A program made the translations under genes and the position numbers. A stretch of 32,000 bases of DNA from Akkermansia muciniphila ATCC BAA-835 (GTDB lineage: Bacteria > Verrucomicrobiota > Verrucomicrobiia > Verrucomicrobiales > Akkermansiaceae). Below are positions 7,994-17,600 of this stretch, piece after piece. Below the pieces are notes generated by a model. That model saw only the letters and a program-made list of their open reading frames with translations. It was not told the DNA's origin and made no database searches. Location of the stretch: contig NC_010655.1 of the NCBI RefSeq assembly GCF_000020225.1, forward strand, positions 450,001-482,000. Reading direction: 5' to 3'. Position 1 is the stretch's first letter. Each line of letters starts with the position of its first letter.

Positions 7994-10138
7994 TTATTCC
8001 GTAATGCCGGCGGCTTCTGCTTCGGCAGCCTTGGCATCTCGCAAAGCGGCACGTATGGACATTTTCACGCGTCCCTTGTCGTCAATACCAATGCACTTGG
8101 CGGTCACCACGTCTCCGACGCTCACGACGTCCTCCGTCTTGGCGGTGCGGCCTTCGGCCAGTTCGGAGATATGAATCAGGCCATCCTTGCCGGGCAGCAC
8201 TTCCATAAACGCTCCAAAGGTGGTCGTGGAAACAATCTTACCGGTGTACAGTTCCCCGATTTCAATGGTCTTGAACATGCGGGTGACCAATTCCAGAGCA
8301 CGGTCCAGGCCTTCCTGCTTGGCGGCGTAAATATGCACGGTGCCATCTTCCTCGATATTGATATCGGCGCCGGATTCGGCCTGAATAGCCTTAATGTTCT
8401 TGCCGCCGGGGCCGATCAGTTCGCCAATGCGGTCGGCGGGAATTTTGGTGGTCTCAATACGGGGAGCATTCGGGCTCATCTGGGCCGGAGCTGCAATGGC
8501 TTCATTCATGACCTTCAGAACATCCGTGCGGCCGGCTTTCGCCACGTGAATGGCTTCCTCCAATATGGAGAGGGGAATGCCGGGCAGCTTGAGGTCCAGC
8601 TGGTAGCCTGTCACGCCTTCCGACGTGCCGCAGAGCTTGAAGTCCATATCACCGTAAAAGTCTTCGGAACCGATGATATCCAGCAGAGTTTTGTAAGAGG
8701 TGATTTCATGCTGGTCATTCTGTTCCGTCACCAGGCCCACGGAAATACCCGCTACAGGGCGCTTGAGGGGCACGCCGGCCGCCAGCAGAGACATCGTGCC
8801 CGCACAGACGGAAGCCATGGAGGTGGAACCGTTGGATTCCATGATTTCAGAAGAGACGCGAATGGCGTACGGGAATTCCTGTTCGCCAGGCACGACCGGA
8901 GCGATGGAACGTTCCGCCAAAGCGCCGTGGCCGATTTCCCGGCGGTTCTGACCGCCGAAACGGCCGGTGTCTCCCACGGAGAAAGGCGGGAAATTGTAGT
9001 GCAGGATGAAACGCTTTTCATTCACGCTGCCCGTGTAATTGTCCATGTACTGGCGTTCTTCCATCGGAGCGAGCGTCGCCAGGCAAAGGGACATCGTTTC
9101 ACCGCGGGCGAACATCGCGGAACCGTGCACCACAGGAGGCAGCACATTGACTTCCGCAGTCAGAGGGCGCAGCTGCTTGAGAGCCCGGCCATCGGCCCGC
9201 TTGTCCTTTTCCATGATGGAGATGCGGAAAGCCTTTTTCTGAATATATTCAAAAACCTGTTCCACATCAAAGTCAGTAGCTTCCGGATGGCGTTCCTTGA
9301 TGGCGGCCTCCACTTCGTCACGCAGGGCCCCCACTTTTTTCTGACGCTCCACCTTGGAAGGGGCGTAAATGGCTTCCTCAATACGATCGCCGGCAATTTC
9401 ATAGCCGATTTCCAGCAATTCCGGCTTGGCAAGGCAAAGTTCATAAGCGCGCTTCTCCTTACCGCAAACGGCGCGGAGCTCTTCCTGCTTTTCGCAAATG
9501 ACCTTCACGTTCTCCTGGGCGACACGCAAAGCGGCGATAAAATCTTCTTCCGGCAGTTCATTAGCGGAACCTTCAATCATGATGACCTGATCCTTCGTGC
9601 CGGCAAATACCAGATCCAGCTGACTATGTTCACGCTGGGAGTTGGTCGGATTGATAACAAACTGTCCGTCAATACGGCCCACACGCACAGCCCCTACGGG
9701 TTCGGCAAAGGGAAGATCGGAAACGACACAGGCGGCGGAAGCGCCGTTAATGCTCAGGATGTCCGGTTCGTTTTCACCATCGGCGGAGAGCAGAAGCGTA
9801 ATTACCTGCGTATCGTAGAAGTAGCCCTTGGGGAACATCGGGCGCAGGGGGCGGTCCGTCATGCGGCATGTCAGGATTTCCTTTTCCGTGGGACGCCCTT
9901 CGCGTTTGAAATAGCCGCCGGGGAACATACCCGCCGCAGCGGCCTTTTCCTTGTACTCCACGGACAGGGGGAAGAAGGTTTGCCCTTCCTTGACTTTGGT
10001 GGCGCTTACCACGGTCACAAGAACGACGGTATCGCCGCTGCGGACAACAACAGCACCGTCCGCCAAACGGGCCATCTTGCCGGTTTCAATCGTGATAGGA
10101 TTCGTACCAACGTTGCATTCAACTGAATGTATGCTCAT
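7994..10138 (-). CDS. pnp: Polyribonucleotide nucleotidyltransferase (PNPase)
   Basis: The 714-aa ORF has the full PNPase architecture of two RNase PH-like domains (...FPLSVEYKEKAAAAG..., ...REIGHGALAERSI...), a KH domain (IPADRIGELIGPGGKNIKAIQAESGADINIEEDG) and a C-terminal S1 domain (GELYTGKIVSTTTFGAFMEVLPGKDGLIHISEL). ATG verified at 10136-10138. Confidence 0.97.
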   Translation of the reverse strand: MSIHSVECNVGTNPITIETGKMARLADGAVVVRSGDTVVLVTVVSATKVKEGQTFFPLSVEYKEKAAAAGMFPGGYFKREGRPTEKEILTCRMTDRPLRPMFPKGYFYDTQVITLLLSADGENEPDILSINGASAACVVSDLPFAEPVGAVRVGRIDGQFVINPTNSQREHSQLDLVFAGTKDQVIMIEGSANELPEEDFIAALRVAQENVKVICEKQEELRAVCGKEKRAYELCLAKPELLEIGYEIAGDRIEEAIYAPSKVERQKKVGALRDEVEAAIKERHPEATDFDVEQVFEYIQKKAFRISIMEKDKRADGRALKQLRPLTAEVNVLPPVVHGSAMFARGETMSLCLATLAPMEERQYMDNYTGSVNEKRFILHYNFPPFSVGDTGRFGGQNRREIGHGALAERSIAPVVPGEQEFPYAIRVSSEIMESNGSTSMASVCAGTMSLLAAGVPLKRPVAGISVGLVTEQNDQHEITSYKTLLDIIGSEDFYGDMDFKLCGTSEGVTGYQLDLKLPGIPLSILEEAIHVAKAGRTDVLKVMNEAIAAPAQMSPNAPRIETTKIPADRIGELIGPGGKNIKAIQAESGADINIEEDGTVHIYAAKQEGLDRALELVTRMFKTIEIGELYTGKIVSTTTFGAFMEVLPGKDGLIHISELAEGRTAKTEDVVSVGDVVTAKCIGIDDKGRVKMSIRAALRDAKAAEAEAAGITE

Positions 10139-10954
10139 TATATTTTTTGTCTTTCAATCACCCGCAGCCTCATCAGCCCATCCAGGCCGGCTCCGGGCGG
10201 GAAGCCTGAATGGCGTCAGGTACGGGCAGTGCCTCAGGAAGATGTTATCCGCGACAGTCCTTTCCCAGAAACAGAGGGGGGAATACTGTCCACGCGGCAG
10301 GACGCGCATCCCAGATGGATCAAACGCTCCGGCCCAGTCTTACCGGCTTGACAGCCTGTGAAAATCCGAAAATTTCTCAAGGCATGCCCGACAGAAACGT
10401 TTCGGGAAACGAATCCCCGAACGTCGAATGAGAGCATAATCCCTGTCAAGGATAATGCAAGCAAATAGTTTGATAACCATAGCAGTCCATTTCCTTCCAG
10501 GGCTTTAAATATTCACCCGCATGGGGAGAAAAGGTATTTTTCCCATCTCACCTTCATCCATTCAATATTCTTCGCATTCCTGATTGAAATGCATTACTCC
10601 AAGCAAAATATCCGGAAATGTCCGCCTTCCCTTCTTCACAGGAGCGGAAATGCAGAATTTAAGGGCGGGCTGAGTATTCCTGCCTGACTCCCATAACAGC
10701 CGCCCACTGCTTTTTCATCCATATTTTCCTATTCTTTGCGCGGCTGCATCATACCCGCAATACCGGACTTTCCGTCCCCAGCAAACATTTACGCAGGAAT
10801 AAAGGGGCAGTCATGCCAACAAAAACAATCTCCACACTCCAGAATATCTTCTTTCACAAAAAGACAGGCCTTTCAAACTCTCCTGACCAAAACACAAATC
10901 CACAGTCACCCGCCATGCCCCCCTTCCATGACAACGCTACCATGCCAGCCCCTC

Positions 10955-10993
10955 CCATAAAAACAACGGCCGCTGCGGAAAACCGCAACGGCC
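10955..10993 (-). terminator. Rho-independent terminator downstream of rpsO
   Basis: On the minus strand the stem GGCCGTTGCGG, loop TTTT and stem CCGCAGCGGCC occupy 10968-10993 (11-bp stem, one G-U pair). GTTGTTTTTAT follows immediately. The stem begins 28 nt after the rpsO TAA at 11021-11023. Confidence 0.65.
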
Positions 10994-11020
10994 GAATCAA
11001 ACGGGAATATGCTCCGCCTT

Positions 11021-11275
11021 TTAGCGGCGAAGGCCAAGACGCTGGATCAGACTCTGGTACTGGGCCATATCTTCACGCTTGACGTAATCAAGAAGCTTGC
11101 GGCGCAGAGCCACCATCTTCAACAACCCGCGGCGGGAAGAAACATCATGTTTATTCGTGCTCAGGTGTTCGGTCAGGTGGGCGATGCGCTGGGTCAGGCG
11201 GGCAATCTGGTAGCTGGAACTACCGGAATCCTTTTCATGCATCTTGAATTCCTGCAAATTGATTTCGTTACTCAT
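11021..11275 (-). CDS. rpsO: 30S ribosomal protein S15
   Basis: The 84-aa ORF ends ...[42 protein letters not shown]. This matches the conserved S15 C-terminal half (E. coli ...[35 protein letters not shown], from memory). Confidence 0.95.
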   Translation of the reverse strand: MSNEINLQEFKMHEKDSGSSSYQIARLTQRIAHLTEHLSTNKHDVSSRRGLLKMVALRRKLLDYVKREDMAQYQSLIQRLGLRR

Positions 11276-11376
11276 AAGTGTTTTCCTTGAATGTATTTAG
11301 CTCGTGGCAGCGGCTAATCGACACTGTGAGGGCGCCAACTATGCATCATCCAGCCCCAAAAGCAATTCAAATTTCG

Positions 11377-12018
11377 TCATCCCGGGGAATTTGCCTTCGG
11401 TCCCTGGGAAAGCGGCCCCTCTCCATTTTCCCCGGTGTCCCAGACTTCGCGGTCCTTTTCCGTCACGGGGCGAACCACACGGCAGGGATTACCCACGGCC
11501 ACTACATTGGCGGGGATGTCCTTCGTCACCACGCTGCCCGCGCCTATCACGGAATTTCTCCCAATACGCACGCCCGGGGCAATCACCGCATGACCGCCTA
11601 TCCATACTCCATCCTCAATGGTAATGGGCAGAGCAAATTCCAGCCCCTGCCGTCTCAGCCCCGGGTCTACGGGATGCCCGGCAGTATAAATGCCCACGTT
11701 GGGACCTATCAGCACGTCATTGCCAATGGTAACGGCAGCGCAGTCCAGCACCACGAGGTTGAAATTGACATACACGCGGTCCCCCAGCCGTATATTGGAG
11801 CCGTAATCACAACGCAGCGGAGGTTCCAGATAACACCCCTCTCCCATTTGGCCGAAAAGCTCCCGGGCCAATTCCCGGCGCAGGCTTTCATTTTCCGGAG
11901 CGGACTGGTTATAACGGAAAACAAGCCGGCGCGCCCTGAGCCGGGCGGCAGCCAATTCAGAATCCTGGGCATGATATAAACGCCCGGACAGCATGTTATT
12001 CCAGTCCTTCGAGGCCAT
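11377..12018 (-). CDS. Sugar O-acetyltransferase, maltose/galactoside acetyltransferase (Maa/LacA) family, hexapeptide repeat
   Basis: The N-terminal Mac domain is MLSGRLYHAQDSELAAARLRARRLVFRYN. The left-handed beta-helix hexapeptide region is IGNDVLIGPNVGIYTAGHPVD...VWIGGHAVIAPGVRIGRNSVIGAGSVVTKDIPANVVAVGNPCRVVR. Confidence 0.85.
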   Translation of the reverse strand: MASKDWNNMLSGRLYHAQDSELAAARLRARRLVFRYNQSAPENESLRRELARELFGQMGEGCYLEPPLRCDYGSNIRLGDRVYVNFNLVVLDCAAVTIGNDVLIGPNVGIYTAGHPVDPGLRRQGLEFALPITIEDGVWIGGHAVIAPGVRIGRNSVIGAGSVVTKDIPANVVAVGNPCRVVRPVTEKDREVWDTGENGEGPLSQGPKANSPG

Positions 12019-12877
12019 TGGATGAAGAGGGGGTCACAGCGTCCGCCTCAGAAAAAGGCAGCTGCCCGTTTTTCTGTTCTCCAACAGACGGCATGGCGGC
12101 GGCATCTTTTTTTACGGACGTTTCCGATTTTACAAGTTCCTTCTTTCCAGAGGAAGCTGAATTTGCGCCAGCCACCGGGGCAGCAGGCTTGTGCACCGTC
12201 CGGAACATTCCGGACGGCTTTTGTTGAAGCTCGTGAATATTCCAGTTTCCATCCCTGACAACCACACGGGTTCCTACGGGAGCTATTTCAAAGAGATTTT
12301 TCGCAATCAAGTGGGGAACACGGATACATCCATGGGAGGATGGATGACCGGGCAAGTACCCTTCATGAATTCCTACAGCCCCGTTCACTCTCATGAAATA
12401 GGGCATCTTGGCAGGTTCAAACCTCTCGCCGGGACGGGGGGAATCCCTTCGTATATCCCCATCCCGCAATTCTCCGTCAGCGTTAATAAACGCACCGTAA
12501 TAGGAATGATGGTCTTCCTCCTTGGAAGCAATGAGGAAGTAGCCGGAGGGCGTCATGCCGGAACTTCTTCCGGAACTGATGGGGGCATACGCAATGCGGT
12601 GCGTCCCCCGGTAGATATACATCATCTGCTTTTTCTTATCCACTACGACCAGCAGCTTTCCGGGCAGCGACGGATCATCTTCCCACTTGAGCAGGTGCCC
12701 CGGAATAGTTCCCGTTTCTTCAAAATACCCCGTCATTTCTTCTACCGGAATATGGGAAGAGGGGACAGGGGAAAGCTCCCTTCCCGTGGTACCGCAGGAC
12801 GAAAACAAAAACGGAACACACAGGCAGGAAACCAACGGATGGAAAAGGGATAATTTCATCTCAATAAGTCGCATCAC
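11996..12877 (-). CDS. L,D-transpeptidase (YkuD-domain) lipoprotein
   Basis: The lipoprotein-type signal has lipobox LFSSCG. The YkuD catalytic region is GAVGIHEGYLPGHPSSHGCIRVPHLIAKNLFE (the H...SHGC(I/V)R motif). The 3' end overlaps the acetyltransferase start by 23 nt. An alternative start is the MKLSLF ATG at 12859. Confidence 0.85.
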   Translation of the reverse strand: MMRLIEMKLSLFHPLVSCLCVPFLFSSCGTTGRELSPVPSSHIPVEEMTGYFEETGTIPGHLLKWEDDPSLPGKLLVVVDKKKQMMYIYRGTHRIAYAPISSGRSSGMTPSGYFLIASKEEDHHSYYGAFINADGELRDGDIRRDSPRPGERFEPAKMPYFMRVNGAVGIHEGYLPGHPSSHGCIRVPHLIAKNLFEIAPVGTRVVVRDGNWNIHELQQKPSGMFRTVHKPAAPVAGANSASSGKKELVKSETSVKKDAAAMPSVGEQKNGQLPFSEADAVTPSSSNGLEGLE

Positions 12878-12975
12878 TGCGTTAGACAGCTGGAGGCCGG
12901 AAAAAAGAACCGCTTTTTGACAAAACTGTCAACTATCAATCAAAAAAATCTCTTTTCCTTTACTCCTGCCCTCTG

Positions 12976-14607
12976 TTACCACATCCGGGCGCGCCTGCCG
13001 CGCTCCCGGCCGTTCCCGGTTCCGTGGAGCAGGCCATGGGACCAAGCCTCCGCAAAGGTTCGTGCGGCATCCGCCGTATGGGAATGCCCGTCATGCACGG
13101 GGCTTTCCGCAATGGCTCCGCCTACGCCGGGAGGCCTGGACCTGTACAACTCCAGATGCTCCACGCCTCCCGGCTCCTCTTCCCCACAGAAGCCTCGCGC
13201 CTTTTCCTGGGTGCGGGCATGGAAAAAACTGCGCTCCAGCAATTCCCTCAGCGTATTAATGCCACGCCAGACATCCGTGGTTCTGGGGACGACGCGCACA
13301 TTCACCAATCCCAGCCTCCCCATATTCTCCACATAGGAAATGCCGTGCGCATCCCTCCGTGCAGCATCATGAGGCAAAAGATGGAATGTTACCGCAACAC
13401 CATGATTTTTCTCCCAGTCCTTCATTTTTTCAACGTAATGGGCCAGGGGCTGCTGGCTGGCGGCATAATGGTCCAGCCAGTGGAAACTGTCTCCCATGAT
13501 CTGCACAAGCCAAATGGCCGTATGGTCACTCAGCCCCAGATCCCATGCCGTGAAAGTGGGAGCGTCCGGATCAGCCTCAAACTCCACCCCTACCTGCCCC
13601 CGCTCCCGCAGGGCCATGATACGGCTGCCGTAAATACTGCCTTCTTCCCCTGTAGCAAAAGCCTCCTGCGGCGTTCCCGGATACTCCTGCTTCATGGAGG
13701 CGCCCATCACCCGGGCCATCCGGGCATACCATCTCTTCTGCCCCGCATCCAGAACCACTCCGGTCTCCCGTTCCAGAGAAAGGAAATACTCATCCAGTTC
13801 CCTGCTCCATCTGCCGCGCCCCGGCAAAGTGTACTCATCCTGGTCAAACCAGCTGAAAAAAAAGAATCTGAAATCCAAGGGGGAAAGCTCGCTTTTGCCC
13901 ATGTTTTCCATGGCCTGGCGCGTCAGTTCATAATTCACTCCGTACCGTCCGCCCTCATGAGTGCTTTCCTTCAGAATAAAACCTCCGGGGGGAACTGTAT
14001 TGATTGCCCCCGTACGGATTTCCCTGGCTCTCCACGGAGCATGCACGGAAACATACGCCAGCTCGGAAACATGGAGAAACTGCATGGTTCCCCCTCGCAG
14101 ATTAGTCCCCACCCGCACATCGCTCCCATTGGAGAAAGCCAGGCGGCTGCGCGCCAACGTACGGGGTTGCCATTCCCCCTTTTTTTCCACGCCGGACAGG
14201 CTCTTGATTCTCTCTCCCAGCCGGGCCAGGGCCACATCCATCGCAGAGGGGTTGGGCGGCACGTAATCCAGATGGTCCCAGGCAAAATGCAGCTTGGCCA
14301 GTTTCTGCTGGGCGTCCGGCAGGCTTTTATCAATGATTCCGCAATGGAAATTGGACCGGAACAGGCTCATATCCAGCATCAGCATGGCCACATACGTAGA
14401 AATGCCCAACTGGCGCGCCTTCAGGATGTCATTCCTGTACCACAGCCGCTCATGCAGCCGCCGCTGCGCCCTGTTCAGGGAAAAACGCTGGAGCTGACCG
14501 GCTTTATTTTCTATCCAGTACAGGTGTTCCAGCCTCCAAAGCTGGCTGGACAGGACGGACTGCCACGGCAGGCTCCATGATTCCGTCAAATGATTAGAAT
14601 TTTCCAT
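12976..14607 (-). CDS. Phage terminase large subunit (TerL)-like protein: N-terminal packaging ATPase + C-terminal RNase H-like nuclease
   Basis: The 543-aa ORF has a deviant Walker A-like ILKARQLGIST at aa 61-71 (compare T4 gp17 SRQLGKT, from memory). It also has a Walker B-like hydrophobic strand ending in Glu (MQFLHVSE, aa 175-182) and a coupling-motif-like KESTHEG (aa 213-219). KQEYPGTPQEAF occupies aa 306-317. The nuclease-like acidic motifs are FTAWDLGLSDHTAIW (aa 352-366), HLLPHDA (aa 409-415) and HSHTADAARTFA (aa 508-519). The ATG at 14605-14607 lies inside the last codons of the upstream giant gene (14-nt overlap, verified). Confidence 0.8.
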   Translation of the reverse strand: MENSNHLTESWSLPWQSVLSSQLWRLEHLYWIENKAGQLQRFSLNRAQRRLHERLWYRNDILKARQLGISTYVAMLMLDMSLFRSNFHCGIIDKSLPDAQQKLAKLHFAWDHLDYVPPNPSAMDVALARLGERIKSLSGVEKKGEWQPRTLARSRLAFSNGSDVRVGTNLRGGTMQFLHVSELAYVSVHAPWRAREIRTGAINTVPPGGFILKESTHEGGRYGVNYELTRQAMENMGKSELSPLDFRFFFFSWFDQDEYTLPGRGRWSRELDEYFLSLERETGVVLDAGQKRWYARMARVMGASMKQEYPGTPQEAFATGEEGSIYGSRIMALRERGQVGVEFEADPDAPTFTAWDLGLSDHTAIWLVQIMGDSFHWLDHYAASQQPLAHYVEKMKDWEKNHGVAVTFHLLPHDAARRDAHGISYVENMGRLGLVNVRVVPRTTDVWRGINTLRELLERSFFHARTQEKARGFCGEEEPGGVEHLELYRSRPPGVGGAIAESPVHDGHSHTADAARTFAEAWSHGLLHGTGNGRERGRRARMW

Positions 14608-17600
14608 ACTCCTCTATTAATTCTTTCAACAGGGCTCCTTCCCTGGTCATCCCCTTCTGGGCCTCCGTCCCCTTGTCCAGGGGAAGGCGGTATGCCAGTG
14701 GATCGTTCAGCACGTGGGAAACGAACCGGAGTGCCTGCACCATCACGGGATCAAGCAGATCAAGTTTTCCTTTCAAATAACTCTCACGCACGCCCAGTTC
14801 TTCATACATCCTGATTACATCCTCCATGAAGCATCCCACAGCCTGTCTTCTGTTCCACCACCATCGTTCCTGAGCATCCGCATCCCCCAGCGTTTCCAAA
14901 ATCCGGCCCAGGAACCGGGTACGGCTCGCCCGTGAATCTTCCGGGGAAGGTTCCTCTCCGGCTCCCGTAAAACACTCCAGCGGAATATAGGAATCCCGTT
15001 CGGACACCGCAGGCGCTCCCCGGCTGTCCAGATAAACGCCGTTCCATGCATGTACCACGTAGGGCGCGCGTGCCTGCCGTACGGGACTTTCCGGAATGCC
15101 CGGCATCAGGCGCACGGTATGCCCCGGGTCGTCCGGGTCACGGTAAATCACGCAGTTGGCATACATCGCGCGCGCTTCCTCCGGCTCAGGAAGAAAGGGA
15201 AGCATGCCGCCTCTCAGTTCCTCCTGCCTGCGGTCCAGAACACCAATCAGGGAAATGGCCTCATCCAACGGGAGTTCCCGGTTCCAGGCAGACGTCACCC
15301 CCCCGGGAGCCGCTCCGGAATCAATCCGGTAAATCTTCCCTTTCCAACTAACCCCGGATTCCGTAGCTTCCGGTCGGCCTGCAAAATCCCGCCTCACCGC
15401 ATCCAGCGTCTCCACAGCCCGGACCACATCCGGACGGCTACGCCAGGCGGCAGGGGCGGGAACGCCACGCCTGACGGAAAAATCTTCTTCCACATACAGG
15501 GGCGCTTCCAGAATGGGTTCCGGAAGATGTTCTCCCAAAGCCTCCAGGGAAACATCCTTCGCGCGCAGAGGTCCCAATCCGGTCCGGAACGGCTTTTTCA
15601 CCAAATGCAGGTACAGGCCGGGATGTTCCGGATCCGGACGCCAGGAATTCAGCTGGGGGAACTCCTGAAGCGCCCGGGACAGTTCCCTCATGCGGCTTTC
15701 CGCCAGCCGCTCCATCCTGCGTACGGAACCGCCCGCGTATCCGTCCAGCGCGGACAGGGAACGCACCAGTCCCTCTTTCACGTGATCCGGAACGGTAAAC
15801 AACAGCCGTCCGGACATCAGGCTGTGAGAGTACCGCTCCACCATGGGGAGGCGGACCTCCCCTCCGGCCGGATCCCAGGCGCGCTCCGCCCGTATGCGTT
15901 CATTCATACCAACCGTCTCTCGGAGCATTCCCATAAACTCGGCAGTGTCCGCATCCTCCCTCAGCGTTTTCTTCAGCAATCCGGCCCGGCGCACCAATTC
16001 CTCAAGAGGTTCCGGAACCCTGTCAGGCATTGCGGCCCCGTAACGCGCCCAGGAAGCCACCGTTTCCGGTACGGTGTCATGATCCAGATGGGCAAAAAAA
16101 TACTCCTTGGACAGCTGGGACAACTCTTCAATCAGTTCCGTTTCCCCTGGAAGCTTCCTGCGGCGCGGCACACGTTCCAAATGTTTCAACATCTCCCAAG
16201 CGCCTTCCGGGGAAAGCTGATCCGTGCGCATCAGCCGGTCCCATACGACTTCCGCCTTGTCTTCGATCAAAGCCAGGGGATTGGCCGTATTGTGAAGCCT
16301 CAGCCGGTGCATTACCAACCCCTTGGCTGAGGAAACGGGCAAATTATCCGCATCCACGCCCAGCCTCTGTACGGAACCCACATACTTTTCGTGAATATTC
16401 ATGCGCTCCAACAGGGCATCACGGCTCATCAGCGTTTCAGCGGCAAGGCGCCCCCGGCCCGTCACCTCCAGACGATCCCCGGACCCCACCGCTCCGCGCA
16501 CGCCGTAACCAGCTTTCAGCATATCCGCCACCGCCATGGCCGTCAGGCTGTCATACAGGCACGGGAGTCGCCCCCCCTGCACGTTTTCCAACCCGGTGGT
16601 CAGCCTCAGATAATTGGTATCCCATTCCGGCCGCCCGTTGCGGGCATGCCATTCCCAGCTACGGATCAAATCCCTCTTAGCCGAGCAGGCGGCAGAAAAC
16701 ATCATGGAAACATTGGCCATCAGGTCCGCTTCCGCCGCCTCCCGAGAAGGATGCCAGTCCGACCACCTTCCGTTGGGATACTTTACTCTCCACAGCCTTT
16801 CCGCACCTTCCCCTCCGGGTGAGGACTGGAACAAGCGCGGGGTCAGCAGGAGAAGGCTCTCCACCGCTTTCTGCGTCCCCGGATAAATACGCGGCGAAAC
16901 CTGTTCCGGACCGGCATGCAGCCGCGGAGCATCCAGCACAGAGGCATAACGGGCCACGTTCTCCGGCGCCACCTCCAGAAACCGGGCCAGCAACCGCCCG
17001 TAACTCTCCACGGGCGTATAGCCGCGCCCCACATGCACGTCAAATTCCTTCATGTTGGGAAGTACGTGGTACAGGCTGTTCACATCCGCCTGGGTTCCCC
17101 ATACCATGCGGTTCATCTCCCGCAGCTCAGGGCTTACCCCATGGCGTTCCTCTCCGCCAAGAGAAGCCATCATGCCGCTCATCCTGGCCAGGGCGGAGGG
17201 AAGGCCGTCCGGATTAAAAGATTCAGACAACAAATCCGGAGCATTCAGCAACGCACTCCCTTCCTCCAGCCACCGGCGCGCCCTGCCGCAGGCGCCTTCA
17301 TCCCGGCAAAACGACTTCCATAAACGAAAAGCCACATGCCCGGACGCCTCTTCATGCGGCACGCCGTGTACCCGTTCCATCACTCCTTCATAAACATTGG
17401 CTCGTGTCCGCAGATCCATATCCTCCGTAACGGCGTCCCAGTCCCTGCCGGAAAAACCCGCACGGCGCCCCTCCTCTTCCGGATAAGCCAGCAGCAACAT
17501 CCTGTACGGCCGATAGGAGCGCTTCTTCAGCCTGTCCGCCACAAACGCTCGGCGCAAAGCATCCGCATGAATATCATATTCCTCCGCATTCCTTAAACGC

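Noticed and set aside
8171-10126. Very long antisense ORFs opposite real genes: 651 aa opposite pnp, 518 aa at 13024-14580 opposite TerL, 426 aa at 15050-16330 and others opposite the giant gene. Also 424 aa at 6457-7731, 465 aa at 27896-29293 and 535 aa at 29834-31441.
   Set aside because: Their translations are low-complexity (G/R/H/P/F-rich) with no family motifs. The opposite-strand proteins have unambiguous conserved motifs or, for the giant gene, a far longer uninterrupted frame. These are typical shadow ORFs in GC-rich coding DNA.
10394-10403. Perfect 10-bp palindrome GAACGTTTC-type (GAAACGTTTC), flanked by CCCG/CGGG, in the pnp upstream region.
   Set aside because: As RNA it cannot form a stable hairpin because it leaves no loop, and a single short palindrome in 880 bp is expected by chance. 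It is noted only as a candidate protein-binding site.
10234-10464. A 76-aa minus-strand ORF directly upstream of pnp, plus the small plus-strand ORFs at 10736-10960 and 10813-11082.
   Set aside because: They have no motifs and an odd composition. The plus-strand ORFs run through the rpsO terminator and into rpsO antisense. I treat the whole interval as non-coding pending transcript data.
10763-10773. The minus strand reads GGAAAGTCCGG, resembling the universally conserved RNase P RNA CR-I/P4 motif (GAGGAAAGUCCGGGC), inside the long rpsO-pnp spacer.
   Set aside because: I reverse-complemented the next 400 nt. It is AT-rich, lacks the partner ACAGAA.CCGGCUUA (CR-V) element, and lacks the GC-rich helices expected of bacterial RNase P RNA. 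The 11-nt match is most likely chance.
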